A stretch of DNA of 64,000 bases, taken from the NCBI GenBank assembly GCA_030265395.1, contig JARFYF010000002.1, forward strand, positions 62,848,586 through 62,912,585. The letters run 5' to 3'. The first letter of the stretch is position 1; each line of letters starts with the position of its first letter. The DNA is from Rhina ancylostomus. Taxonomy: Eukaryota. The position numbers were made by a program, and so were the translations under genes. The notes below the pieces were generated by a model. That model saw only the letters and a list, made by a program, of their open reading frames with translations, was not told the origin of the DNA and ran no database searches. Shown here one piece after another: positions 27,157-40,459 of this stretch.

Positions 27157-27179
27157 GTGAGTGCTGGAGGCACTGCTGC

Positions 27180-27283
27180 CTCCAATCGGCGGGCTGGGGC
27201 TGGGTTGGGCTAGGCTGGCATCACTCGGTTTACACCCAGCTCCAGGGGCGCGCTGCGCTTGCGCGCCTCTCCGCTGTATAAAA
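27180..27283 (+). promoter_or_regulatory. Pol II core/proximal promoter: CCAAT (27182-27186), GC-box-like tract, NRF1-like GCGCTTGCGC (27255-27264), TATAAAA (27277-27283)
   Basis: Canonical order and spacing (CCAAT ~95 bp upstream of TATA); predicted TSS ~27305-27312. Confidence 0.75.
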
Positions 27284-27307
27284 CTTGCTGCTCGCCAGGG
27301 AAAGTGA

Positions 27308-27412
27308 CACATTAAACATTTGGATTTATAGCGGTCTGTGCGCTGGAAGCTCAACAAGGTGTAGTAGGCTGCTTAAGTGATTGAAAGCACCTCTAAGTGA
27401 AAAGCACCGTTG
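27308..27412 (+). other. Candidate non-coding first exon C (TATA-driven)
   Basis: Starts ~30 nt after TATAAAA; ends at donor TTG|GTAAGC (GT at 27413); contains no ATG. Confidence 0.65.
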
Positions 27413-28539
27413 GTAAGCTTATTTTCTCCTTTTGGCTGGAATTTGCTCTTGACTGGCAGAGTTATTATACTACTTTTCTTAAAATTGCTTGCATTATGAA
27501 GCATTATCTGGTGTTAACATACCGATCAGAGGTATATTTTTAGGATATTTTAAATAGTAATTCAGCTTTGTTACGAAGTGATCAGGATTGAGTACCTGGA
27601 ATTCCCCTTTGCGTTCTTAACTTTTTTGTTAGACTTTACGAAAGTTGATGTACTTTTCCAGATTTTCAGAAGACTGCATACATATTTTTGATTAGGAGAA
27701 AAGCACTGCGTTCCAGCCAGAGTTTGCATCAGTTTAGGTGATGGTACAAGATGGGATTTTGTTTTGCTGAGTGATAAATAAGAATCTTTTCTTGGTAGCC
27801 AAGAAGTGTGAGGTAGTATTACATGGGAAATAATTTCAATAATTTATTTGTATTTTTATATTGCTCCCTGAGCTGCTTTACCCGGAATGCAGTTTTCCCT
27901 GCTGATGTCGGTGTAGGTAGAACATTTTAAAGCCTTGCCTGTTACCGCCGTATGGCATCGCTTGACGGTGTGTGTCAAACACAGTGGTCCGACCAATGTT
28001 AGCTCTCTACTGTAATCGCTAGGAGCAAAGGGGAATCTGTCACCCCCGTTCAAACGTCCCGTAAACCATAGCACACTCCATAAATTGGAGGGCAGTTATT
28101 GTATCGCCTGCTTTAAAACTGCCATTACTCAGAGCACACTTCAGTTCAGGAACATTAACCTTAAAAGTAGCATCACATCTCGAGCTTCGTATCGGGCGGA
28201 AAAGCGAATCGAATCTTTTCCATCGATTGAGATAAATATCAGCACGATGATGTTCAGAGGTGCGGATGGTACCCCTTGCTCTGGAATATGCAAAGCAGGT
28301 AGCAAATGGATGAATTTTGTTTTGTCAGTTAACTAAGAGAAACTGATGAATAGGTGACTTCTAGCAGAGTGTAATTTAAAACCGTACTTCGCACAGGCTT
28401 AATGGCCCCTTAAGCACTGGCTATTATATTACATGAATGTCTGCTTAACATAATCATCTTCACAATTTGTGAAGAAGAGTAACAATATCGATGTGGGATG
28501 GAGCCTGAATGCATAGGATCTCTTCAGCTGAACCCGATG

Positions 28540-28680
28540 TTCTACCTGGTTATAATCATATTGTTGTGAGTGGGATCTTGCTATGTGCAAATTTGCTGCT
28601 GTGTTTTGTACTAATGACTTGCAGGTCAAAAATACTTTTACGATGAGGTTAAGAAAGATCCCTTTAATAATGTAAGGGTT
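28540..28680 (+). mobile_element. Deu-domain SINE 3' fragment (SacSINE1/AmnSINE1-like)
   Basis: gtgggatcttgctatgtgcaaatttgctgc matches the Deu-domain consensus as I recall it (gtgggatcttgctgtgcgcaaattggctgc). Confidence 0.6.
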
Positions 28681-30974
28681 TATGTCTATTTTTTCATTTC
28701 TTTAAGCTTTTGTTTACAAAATGCCACAGAAATGTCTAAACTAGCAGTTTGGGCTTCAGAACATATGCTATTTCAAGAGATGGATTGTTCTTTTAAATAT
28801 TGTTGTTTGAAGTGTTTTTCAGCAATGTATACAAGTACTGATCCAATACAGACCTGGACGTTGGATCTGTGACTGATAAATTGATCAGAAATGGATCCAA
28901 GAAATAAATTATTTTCTATTAACTTTTTTGTTTTCCTTGAAGTTCTTTAATTTGTTTTATAAGTATGTTTAAACATCAAATTTAAGCCGAAAATGAATTA
29001 CAGTAGTTTGTATTGACCAAATAGTTTGTTGCAATTTAATTATCAATTTAAAAAAATAATAGTGCAATGATTGAAAAAGCTTGAATCCCATTTTCAAGAT
29101 TCGTGAAATATTTTTGCTGTTATTTGCCTGCTGGCTGTCAAAATATTGGTTGCTAGTGGTAAAAGGTGCAACTCCTTATCACATATTCAACCCATGCGTT
29201 AATGATCATGACTTTTAAATCTATTGAAAGTAGTCAGGCATTAGCAAATCCATGACTTCTTTGCTCCAATTCTTGGATCAGGAATTAAAAACAATAAATT
29301 CAAAATGAAAAATGTGGTCTTACTGACATCAGTCGTCCACTTTAGAAAAAAAAATTGTTTGATTTCATGTCTACCTCAAAACATTTCAGTTAGATTTGCT
29401 GTCCAGTGCTATGTATAGAAAAGAAAATAGATGGAGGACTGAAGTTTAAAATCTTTTGTATATTGTGCCTTTGCTTCAGAAATCCAGAAATACATCCACA
29501 ATAAGCAGCTTTTCTGGAGTTATACCACACGATGTTGCAACACATCTACAGAAATATCGCCATCTTATGACCAGATTAGTGTGTGTAACTTATTAAAATG
29601 CTGCCAGATGTTGAGGTATCATTTATATTTTTTCTAGTCAATGTACAACAGAATTTCATTTACTGTTAGTCTTTTGAATAGTAGTGTCATAAAATTTAAT
29701 GTGTTAACTGACTTGCATAGTCAATACTTTGCACAAGAATGTGCAGAGGATTGGGAAAACATTAAGTTTTGAGTGGATTTCCTGGGATATCTGAGACAGT
29801 TTTTTATTTGCTATCAATAAACGGGAATTGGTCAGAAAAATATCGTGAGGAAACAGCTTTTTAAAATTTGTGTGTTATTCCATTGTATACTATTATAGAA
29901 ATATTTTCATTGAAAAAGTTTACTAATTGGTAGGCAAAAAAAAACTACTTCTAAAAGTAAATTAGTGAATAATAAGCTGAGGGAGCAGTATCTGAAGGAT
30001 GTTGTCTGTTTAATTATTCATGTTTGGAAGCTACCATACAAGATTCACAGCCAGTTAGTTACACCGTAATCCTTTCCAGTTATATTCATCAAGGAGACTA
30101 CAACAACATCCAGAACAAGGAATGTTCATTAGGCCTTATTACTGGAAAGAGCTAACATGGATATAAACTGTTAACTCATTCTAACAGGAAGTTTATTATT
30201 TAAATAATCTAAACATTACTTGGGAACTTTAAATTATGAAACAATCTTTTTCACCCTGTTACTTGAATCTGTCATATTTCACTGCACAGAATGCCATGAG
30301 AAAGTTAATAAGTTCTCTGATCGGCTGGTGTAACTGATTTAAGTGGTATTACATGTATATGTGCTGCATGGCACATTCCTTCCTCCACGTCTAGAAGTTT
30401 GGATTTCAAACAGTTTACTAGAGCATGTGAGCTATGACCTAGTGAACCAGGAGAAAGAATAGATATTGTGAAAGGCTCAAGTCCTTCTGTAAATACCAGT
30501 CTTGTTATAATGATGCCTTGAGTGTTTTGGGTTGCTATAATACATGGATAATTCCACACATTACATGCTACAGCTGTAATGATTACCATCAATAGATGTC
30601 ACTTTGGGAATGTGTACTTTTCTTGCATAATGCTCACTGTCTGACAATTAGTTCATTAATTCCTGTTTAATCTGCTAATGTAAAATAACGGATCAGTACA
30701 TGACTGGATTACAGTTAGTAGGCATACAGATTATTACCAAAATTAAATATTAATACACCTTTTTTGAGTGCTAATTACCAGAAGCACCAGCATTAAATCC
30801 TAACTGATGAATAGAAATGACCAGTGACTTGCCTAGATCTTCTCAGAATAGAAATGAAGAACAAATCATTTTGTGGTTAATTGTTTTGATAAAAGCCAAG
30901 AACCTTTCTGGGAATGTAATCACTGAATACCACCTACTTTAAAGGCTTCCTGGTGACCTAGTGAATGTAACTAT

Positions 30975-31150
30975 TGATCTGTGCTAGTTTAACTGTTGTT
31001 AGTCAGGCCAGTGGTAGGATGCATGAGACTTGCTCCGCAATATCCTTGGATTAGGAGGGAATAAATTACATAAGGCTCTTGATTTGATATTTTATACATC
31101 TTGTGGAAAATGTGAATATGTGCTAAAAAGACATTTGCCTGTTGATAGTC
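30975..31150 (+). mobile_element. Ancient tRNA-SINE remnant (AmnSINE2-like)
   Basis: gatctgtgctagtttaactg...cagtggtagg...ccttggattaggagggaataaat; weak similarity to the reverse of 48950-49250. Confidence 0.35.
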
Positions 31151-31254
31151 ATGTAGTTTGCCAATGCATGACAACTAGTCTTGGAAGTACTAGAAAACTG
31201 TTAGCTCCCTTGTAATCATACCTGAGGAATAACAAGCACTTGCTGCTGACAAAA

Positions 31255-33165
31255 ATGACAGCTAACAAGTGGGAGTCTTCAGAAGCAGAGTTAGTAAAAT
31301 CTCAGGGCCCATGTATTCTGGTAAGGGTGAAGGGCAAAGATGGCAAGATCAGGGAAACTTGGATGACAAAGGATACTGAAGGTTTGATCTGGGGAGAAAA
31401 AAGCTTACGGCAGGTGCATGCAACCAGAATTAAGGGAATCTCTTGAGGAATATAAAGGAGAGAACTTAAGAAATTAAGAGGGCAAAAAGGGGTCATGAAA
31501 TATCCTTGGTTGGTAAGGAGAATGCCAGGACATTCTGTAAGTATATGAGGAGCTAGAGGGTAGCCAGGGAAAGAATGGATCCCCTTGGGGACCACATGGG
31601 TAATCTATGTGTGGAACCAGGTGATGTAGGCAATGTTCTAAATGGATATTTCTCATCTGTATTCACCAAGGAGAAGGACACAGAAAATAGTGAATTTGGG
31701 GATGGGTATGTGGATAATATTAAGAAGGTGTTGGATATCATGGGATGCATAAGGGTTGATAAATCCCCAGGGCCTGATGAGATGTTATGGAAACCAAGGG
31801 AGAAGATAACTGGGGCGCTGATGGAGAAGGCTGCAGGTAGATGAGCCTTGCATCATTGGTAGGGAAATTTTTGGAAAAAATCCAAAGGGACAGGATTTAT
31901 GTACACTTGGAAAGGCCTGTTTAATCGCAGATATTCAGCAAAACTTTGTACTGGGGAAATCCTGTTTCACTAATATGAATATTTTTTTTAAAGAGATAAT
32001 TAAGAAGATTGATCAAGGTAGGGAGGTAGACATTGTAAATGTGGACTCCAATAAGGTATTTGGCAAGGTCCCGTACAGTTGGCTGGTCAAGAGTTAAGGC
32101 AGATGGGATCCAAGGTGTGCTGGCCAATTAGATCCAAAATTGGCTTGATAATAGGAAACAGAAGTTAATAGTGGAAAGATGCTTTTCTGATTGGAAGCCT
32201 GTGACCAGTGGTGTACTACAGGGATTGGTGCTGGGACCCTTGTTGTTTGTGATATAGGAGATATAATCAGTAAGTTTGCAGGTGACACCAAAGTTGGTGG
32301 TGTGGATAGTGAAGAAGGTTGCCTAAGGCTATAGCAGGATATAGATGAGATAGAAAGTTGGGCAAAGTGTTGGAATTTAATCCTGATAAGTCTAGGTGAT
32401 GAATTTTGGGAAGTCAATAGATGTTGGACATGTACAGTAAATGGCAGGGTGCTAAGGAATACTGATGAACAGAGGGATCTTCTGGTTCAAGTCTATAGTT
32501 CCCAGGTATATAGGGAGATGAAGAAGGCATGTGGCATGCTTGCCTTCATAGGTCAGGCACTGAACATAGAAGTTTTGAAAATTGAGTATTTGCAACAGTA
32601 TGTTGCAAATTTTAATACAAAACACTGGTTAGACTGCCCTTGAGTATTGTGTGCAATTCTGGTCACTGCATGATAGGAAGGATGTAATAACATTAGAGAG
32701 AGTGCAGAGGAGATTCCCCAGGATGTGGTTTGGATTGGTGGACTTTAGTTATGGGGAGAGATTGGATAGGCTGGGCTTGTTTTCCCTGAAGTGAAGAAGG
32801 CTGCCAGGTGGCCGAATGGAGGTATTTAACTTTATAAGAGGCATAAATAGTCAATCATTTCTCCCCATGGTAAGGTTATCACAAACAAGAGGGCATAGGC
32901 TTAAGTTTAGAGGAATGAGTCTTAAAGGGGATTTGAGGGGAATGTTTTTGCAGAAAGTGTTTGATATCTAGAACTCACTGCTGGAAGAAGTGGTGAGTTG
33001 TATGCAATCACAATTTTTAAGAGACATTTAGATAGGTATTTAAATAGTCAACACATAGAAGGATATGGACCTAATGCAGGCAAATGAGATTAGTATAGAT
33101 GGGCAATAAGGTCAGCATGGATGTAATGGGCTGAATGGCTGGTTTCTGTGCTGTACCACTCTGTG
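31255..33165 (+). mobile_element. 5'-truncated CR1 (HER1-like) LINE, ~1.9 kb, decayed ORF2 and intact 3' end
   Basis: VLNGYFSSVFTKE, VDKSPGPDE, SGVLQGLVLGP, SKFAGDTKVGG and EYCVQFWS; 3' UTR ...ggtcagcatggatgtaatgggctgaatggctggtttctgtgctgtaccactctg. Confidence 0.95.
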
Positions 33166-36100
33166 CGAAGTAGCATGTATAGCATGAAGTGTAATACCTC
33201 GTTTGTGAACTTGATCACTGATGTACAAAGGTGAAATTCTGCATGGAGGTTTCAGTGATTTGATTAAGTATTACCAAAATATTCATAGCAGCAGAGCAAT
33301 ATTTAATTATAGATTTTTTTGCATTCTCTCAAGTTTCATTTGCCATAAATTTTTCATGTCCATTGGATAGCCATAAAGTGAATGTGAAAATTAACATATA
33401 ATCCTATGTGTCCATGTTCTTTCTATGCACAGAGAGGTGTACTTTAGGGAAAAGTTAGCAATGATTTTTATGTTGCATTGCGTGTTAAATAATTGTAAGA
33501 ATATACATCCATGCTATATACAGTTAATTCATCATTAACTCTGTTTACTTTGCACTTCAATTCTGCTCAACAAATTTACACTTATTTTATGTTGAACTAT
33601 TTTAGTAATAAACATAATACTTTATAAGAAACTAGAATTGTCAGGTTTACCTTCTGTACAGTTTTTCTAAAAAAAACTTCATTATATCAAAACTTGTGTA
33701 CTTGTTACTAGCACATTATGCCCAGGTGTGTATCTGTTTACTTATAATGAACCTGTTTCTCTATAGCATTTTATTCTTTCGATTATCACACTGCAATATT
33801 ACCAATCATGCCCAGTCATTAAAGCCACATCGATCAATGTTATGGTATTGAGCAAACAATCCTGCAGCTATTTTTGCAGTACATTTCTTTCCTACTCCTA
33901 AGTGGTTAACCTCAACTTGAGAGCCTTCAGCCTAATACATGCCTAAGCTGACTCCTCATCAATCTTATCTGTGTTGCCTTCCTCTGTGTTTTCTTATCTG
34001 TGTTCTTGTCAATCAGAATTACCTGGTTGGTGCTGTATTGACAGCAAATAAGAGATGGTTCCACTTCTATTTTACCCATCTGCTGTGCTGGTGGCTGAGT
34101 CTGTTCTTCTGGTGACCTTTGGGCAGGGGGTGGGGTGCCAAACATTGCTCATCTCAGCAAGCTACTATTCTCTGTTGTGGGATATAGTTACAGGATGTAG
34201 CTCCTTGGTCTTGGGAAGGAGTCATCTACTACTGAAAGGCAAAAATAATTTTTTTCTCTAATTCTGCAGATTTTTGCAGCATGATTCCTTAATCAATTTC
34301 TTTTTCAGCTTGCAAGTTGTAGTAACCTCTTCATCTTGCCCAGAAGGATAGGTTTTGCCACCATTTAACTAATCTGGAGGGCTCTCTTTCTTCTCTTAGA
34401 AGAAACCCTTTTAATGGAGATGAAGGAACGGATGTTCATATCCTAATACCACAAACCAATTGACCATATGCATATCTTCTTAGTAAATATGTATAATATG
34501 CTGCTATTAGCATAAGGTTGATCTTAAATCCAGGGACTTTGGACACAGATAATTGATATTTGAAAAAGTGGTGAATTATGTCATACCATAACTGGTGTTA
34601 AAGTGAGTGATGTATGAAAGCATTCAGAATTGTGACTGAAAAAAATATGTAAGTAAATAAGTATGATTTCCTGTGTGGGGGGGGGGGGAAGAAGAGTTTT
34701 TTGCACTCAAGCCCAAACCTAATTTGTATCTGGATTCCATCCAATAAAACATGACTTGTAATGGGATGCTCAAGGGAACTTAAGATTTTTGCTATTTGGT
34801 AATATTTCAATGAAACATAACAAGAAATAACAAGCTTAATTGAAGAATGTCACATTGGTGATTTGTGGGACTGTTGGGGGGGGGGCGCGAAAGACACACA
34901 GTACTTTAGCTCATTTTTCTGCAGGTCTTTATGGTTATATCTTGAAACACATCCTGAACATGGCCACAACAGTGACTGAGAAATAATTATTATTGTGATG
35001 AATATACCATAATCCTTTATATTGGTCTTTTTAAATCTAACTATATGCTATGAGGATTTTGATATCAGCAAGTAATTAATTGGAATAGATTATTAAAATT
35101 TCTCCAAGTATTCATCGATAAAGATCATGTTTATTGGATTGTATAAAAAGGTTAAAATTGCCTAAGACTGAGGAATGGAACAAGTTATAAAAATGAAAGT
35201 GTTTTAAAATTTTATTTGAAGAAATTAAAATGGTATTTTTCTGAAGCTTAATAGGTTGTATGCAATGTTATATAGAACATAATATATTAGGGAGTCATTG
35301 CAGCAGTCTGAATAAGTCCATAGTTTATTCAATATGATCAAAAGCAAGGTTATATCCAGTTGTTGAGAACACACATTTTAAAAATTGTGTATGAAGGTGT
35401 GATAACTACACTCTCATTTCTTGATGTATATAAAAGAAATCTGCCATTCTGGAAGTCTTTCATTTTCAAAGTTCCAATACTGACTTCTAGTGGCTGGAAT
35501 TGAAACACTTTGTTGATGCACTCTATTTGTACATTTTATTTTTTTAATCATGTCCATGTTAACAACAACTCATTTTTTGGTCAAATTCAGATCACTAATT
35601 ACAGTGGTAGAATGTATGTATTTGTTCAAATCATTTTGTGCCCTACCTGCCACAGACCTCTACTTGTGTTGCCATGTTGTGGTACTGGTCTCTGCAGGGT
35701 GTTCTCCACATGTCTATTCTTGTCCTCCTTTTTGCAACAAAGAAATGTGGGTATTATTTCTTTCACTCTGCTTTTAAATGTCTGGATAAACATTTCCATT
35801 TTCCCTATGTATAAGAGCATATAGGAAAAAATAACAAATATTGCACAATGATGAATTATATTTTAGGAAAATAAAACTGTAACCTATTAACTAAATCTAC
35901 ATAAGCAAATATGGATGACTTTTCTAATCCTTTCCAATATTAGGTTTTATTCCATTCCATTTTTATTTGCTGATTAAGGTATATGTAAAAAAACTAGATG
36001 ATCTTCTAAATGAATAATGTATAGCTGTTAAACTCTGGACAGCATAATGAATCTTTTTGAAGGTGTTGCTTTTATTTTCATTATTACGTGTGATTCATTA

Positions 36101-38399
36101 TTACGTGTTTCAACTCCTGCTTCAACATTTATATATTTTGGTAGTCTTGTATTCATTTTGCCAGCAGAATGCGGATACCTATTCATGTGTATGGAAGACA
36201 TCTGTGGTATTTCAGAGAATGAGTGAGTAAATATTGTACAGTCCGCTGGAAGAAAATGTTGGGTTTGTGTAACTTCCGTGGTCTTGGTGTTCTTTCTGCT
36301 CAATGTCCTATTTATGCATTTCTATTTTTATGTTACACATAAACTTTAAATGCCATTATGATTTGAGAGAGGTTGAAATTAAATTAATTCACTGTATGGA
36401 TTAGCTTCATCAATGCGAACAATTGAGATGCAGCGAGCGGATTCTTGGAAAGTTTATAATTATTGAAACATTGGGTCTTTTAATGACAAAATGGATAAAT
36501 GTTGCATCATGGTTCAGATTAACAAGAGTGCCATTTGCATGATGATCTTGTTACAGGTCAATTTGCATGTACTATAAACTTGTACGTGTAAAATATACTA
36601 AAATATGACTTTGACCCAGTGTTATGCATTTTTTTAAACAAGCTGCTATTGTGGTTTCCTGTTGATTCATTCTGTGCCCATCTGTAGTTTGCTCTTGTTG
36701 ATTTGTTCTTCCAGTAACTCTGAATCCTGTGTTCAGACCTATTTTACCTCTTTATAATGAAGATCTTGTCCATCAGTCAGCCATTGGCAACGTTTAGTTG
36801 ATGCTCTATAATTATCAAGTTTAAATCATGTGCCTTCCATACACACAACTTGCATTTCTTTTCAGTGCACTGATGAAATTGTTGCTTTTGACCCTCCTGT
36901 GTTCTATGAGACAATTGGCGTATGTTTCTTTTAATATTTTAGGCAGTTTGTTTACTTCCAAATTTATACAGCTGCTACCACTTTCAGGCTTTCACCTCCA
37001 TGCTTGATACATCTTCATCTCTTATAGTCATCTTAAAATCCTTTGGTGGAACTCTTGCACCTCATTCTTCTAAGCCACAAGAAAACAGGGACCCAGACTT
37101 TTAAGTGAAGACAAAAGAGAGGTAATCAATACCCATTGTTCAAATGGAAGAAATTCAACAGCAAGTTCTGGATTGCACACGATTTGTTAAATGTTGAAAT
37201 GCAGAAATTGCTGTCAGTGATTCTTTGATGTGGCACATGGTTTGCAGTTTTGCAATGTTTTCCAATGCAATTTTCTGAAATCAGTGAACCAATATGAACC
37301 TAGGCTATTTATTGCAATATTTTTGGTGTAAAGAACCCCTAAAAATGCATTTAGTTGCATGAAGTCTTACTGACTTTTAATGGCTTATTGAGCCATTAAA
37401 TTTCTTAGCAACCTTGTAGGTCACAACTTGGTACATATGGGTGTCATTATCAAGCATTTTACAATAAAATTGTAAATTCTTATAGTGTTTCAGCTTCTAT
37501 CTTAATCTCTTGTATATTCCAATTATTTTCTGCTCTGCAAGATTTTTTTGTGCTGTTCACTGCCTGTGAAAATTATTCATTATGATTGGCTGCTCAATAA
37601 GTTTCACAACACCGCTATTGCTAAAGGCCATCTCTCTCCATTGTCTTTCCCTTCTGTTTAATACTCTGCCTTTTTGTCCTGTTGGAGCCCATATGATGTT
37701 TTGCATGTTTTTTTAGACTTTGCATTTTCATTTAACTAAATTGAAGATTACTAATCTAATAAGGCTATTGCCCTGAAGTTGCTGACCCACAATTAAAGGT
37801 CAGGCACGTTTTGTCTGGTTCGGCTGGATGGGACTTGCCAGGAAAAATAGCTTCCAATAGCTGTGGCAAGACACTGTTGTCATAAATGACATCACTTCGG
37901 TGACAAAATGAGCCCTGTTTGCAGAACAGCTGAGTAAAGCTTTGGTCAAGTAAAACGTGTGCCTGGCTCAGCCAGCTGTCAGCAGATTTGAAGGTGTAGA
38001 CTTTGGCTGGTGACGGCACAAATGGGTTGAACAGTTGCCATCCGCTGATTTTTGTTTGTGGGCCCAGAAATAAGAAGTTCATGGTGCATAGGACTTAAGG
38101 TCTTGTGATATTAAACTGGGGTTGTTAAGAGCAGCAGTGAGGCTGAGTAGTGACCAAAACAGAGGCAATAAAAGGACGACTTGTGTACAAAGTAAGAACA
38201 TTGCATTAGTGTTCACTTAGGAAGGGAATTTGGTTGAGGTTTCCAGGATACTTGGGCATTTTCCTTTGATTTGAAGTGATTGTAAGCCATTGCCAATGCA
38301 TTATTCTATATTGTGAGAATGCTAGCAAGAATCAGGAATAATGAAAATATAACCTCTTATATCTTTTTCCTTCCATGGAAGGGAAATACTACATCGTTC

Positions 38400-38690
38400 A
38401 TTTGCCATTGAGTAATTTGGCTTGGGATCAAAGCAGAACTGGTTTTGGTGTCATGATGGAATGAGGTATAGCACAGAAGGCCATTTGGTCCATTGGATCT
38501 GTGCTGGCTCTTTGCGCAAGCCGTACCAATCCCTGAATATTTCTCCATGGAGCTCTGCACTTTTTGTTTCCTACAAAGTACTTCCCGGTTCCCTTTTGAA
38601 TGCCAAGTTGACTAGGTTCCTCCCAGCAGTATATTCCTAATTCTAACCACTTGCTGCATTTTTAAAAAAAATTCTCATGTTACTTTTCGT
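38400..38690 (-). mobile_element. CR1 3' end fragment
   Basis: atagcacagaaggccatttggtccattggatctgtgctggctctttg ... ttcctaattctaaccacttgctgc. Confidence 0.6.
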
Positions 38691-39349
38691 TCTGCAAAAA
38701 ATTTAAGATTTAACGTGCTAATGTTCATTGCTCCTTCCAGCAGCCGTGTATGCCTGATTAATTAAATACCACCACTTTGGTAGCTCCTTGAGGTTTTAGC
38801 AGTGCTGCATATGACTAAGACGTCAATTAAGGCGATTTTAAGGAAGTGAATCTAATTAAAATCCTGTATTAAAATTTCTTTTATATCCATTTGTAGTATT
38901 TAATCATTTTTGATATAGGATTTTAATAACACTCCCTGAAGTTCAATTCTCTTTTTGTGTTTGAGCATGGAGCTGTATCATGTGAGTAATGTATTCACCT
39001 TGGATCATAGAAATGCAGAAGATGGAGGAAGATGAAATCCTCCTGAATAACTGTAGGCAGAAATTATCTGCTGGGTGCTTGATGTGCAAGTGAGCTGGCC
39101 TGTTTGATTTCCTACCTTCTCTCTTCATGTGACTCAGATGGGATACTCAGCAGAATAAATTATCAAATCTCTGTGCTATCACTGCGTTGATAAACTTTGG
39201 CAGTCATGTGGGAGTCTGCACTAATGTTAGCAATATCCCAGTTTGTTACAATGCTTGAATTTATTCTACGTCGGATCACAACTGTTCTGTGTTTCAAATC
39301 CAGTTTCCTAACTCTGTCACCTCTCTTGAAACTCTCACTTAACCAAATT

Positions 39350-40200
39350 TTCTGTCTCTAACTTTAATTGAACCAACATCCACAGTCTTTTCAGAGTTGG
39401 TGTTCCAAGCTTCTACTAACCTTTGTGTGGAGAAAGTGTTTCCTCAGATTGTTTCTGAGTGTTTATTTGTAGATTATGCCCCCTCTTGTTCTGGATTACC
39501 TCATTGTTGGAAATAGTTTATCCTATACATAGACATGCTTAATTCCATCATGTTTTAACCTTCTGAACTGATGGAAATTGAAGACAAGTTTATGCATTCT
39601 AGTCTTGTAATTCAGTCCTTTTAATTACTTCAATATCAGGTACACTGACAACATTTAAAAGACTCTTGGACAGGAACATTGTTAGGAAATGGTTAGAGGG
39701 ATATGGAACTAACTTAAATGAGCATCTTGGTCAGCATGGATGAGTTGGGCCAAGGGGCCTGTTTCCAAGCTGAATTGTGCTATGACTGAATTTTGTGCAT
39801 TACCGAGGCTGAATATACCTTGAAGGTATGAACAGAAATAAGTCTTGATATAGTACATGGATGGGGTCTGATGAAAGTTCCATCACTTTATCACTTCTGA
39901 GTTCCAAACCTCTTTCTGATAAAGACCAATACCGCATTAGAATTTTTGATTATTTTACTTTTTGTGTCAGTGCACCAGCTTTTAAGTATTGGAATACCTG
40001 GGTACCTAGTTATATTCATTCCTTCAGTTTTCCCATCCTTCATCATAAAGAAAATATTCTGGATAATGATTCAGAGTGGAAGATTTCATACTTTTCTGCA
40101 TTGAATTCTATCTGCCATCATTTTCCACTAATTTTTCTTTTGTCTGTTTTATAATTTATGGTTTACATCTGTAGGACAAACTGATGTCTGATCTTGTGTC
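39350..40200 (-). mobile_element. Old CR1 fragment with an oppositely oriented CR1 3' tail nested at ~39640-39790
   Basis: Minus-strand CR1 3' motifs (ttccaagcttctactaacctttgtgtg) flank a + strand tail (acatttaaaagactcttggacagg...ggtcagcatggatgagttgggccaagggg). Confidence 0.55.
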
Positions 40201-40459
40201 ATTCCCAAAGGATATGTGTATGAAGTATAGCCTGCTGACTATTCAGTTTTTTATTTTATCTTTGTACGTGATGGAGGTCAAGGCTGCAGTACAGATCACA
40301 CCTTTGGCAGGGTGTGTCATAGTACATAGATGGACATAGTACATGTACTATGACACATCCTGCCAAATATGAGAATATTCCCTTTCAATATTTTGAGATG
40401 TTGTCAGCTGCAGGAGATTTGTTTATCAGAAGTCCCATTTATTTCTTTCACTGTTTCTG

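Larger units (their letters stand above)
26090..28270. promoter_or_regulatory. CpG island / promoter region
   Basis: Sharp CpG enrichment against a CpG-depleted AT-rich background; GC-rich cores at ~26480-26670 and ~27090-27350; no recognisable transposon inside. Confidence 0.9.

Noticed and set aside
26393-27357. Several 60-118 aa ORFs in the CpG island
   Set aside because: Expected by-product of high GC, mostly with non-ATG starts and no homology I recognise; a passing resemblance of MVYP.. to NREP fails on in-frame stops
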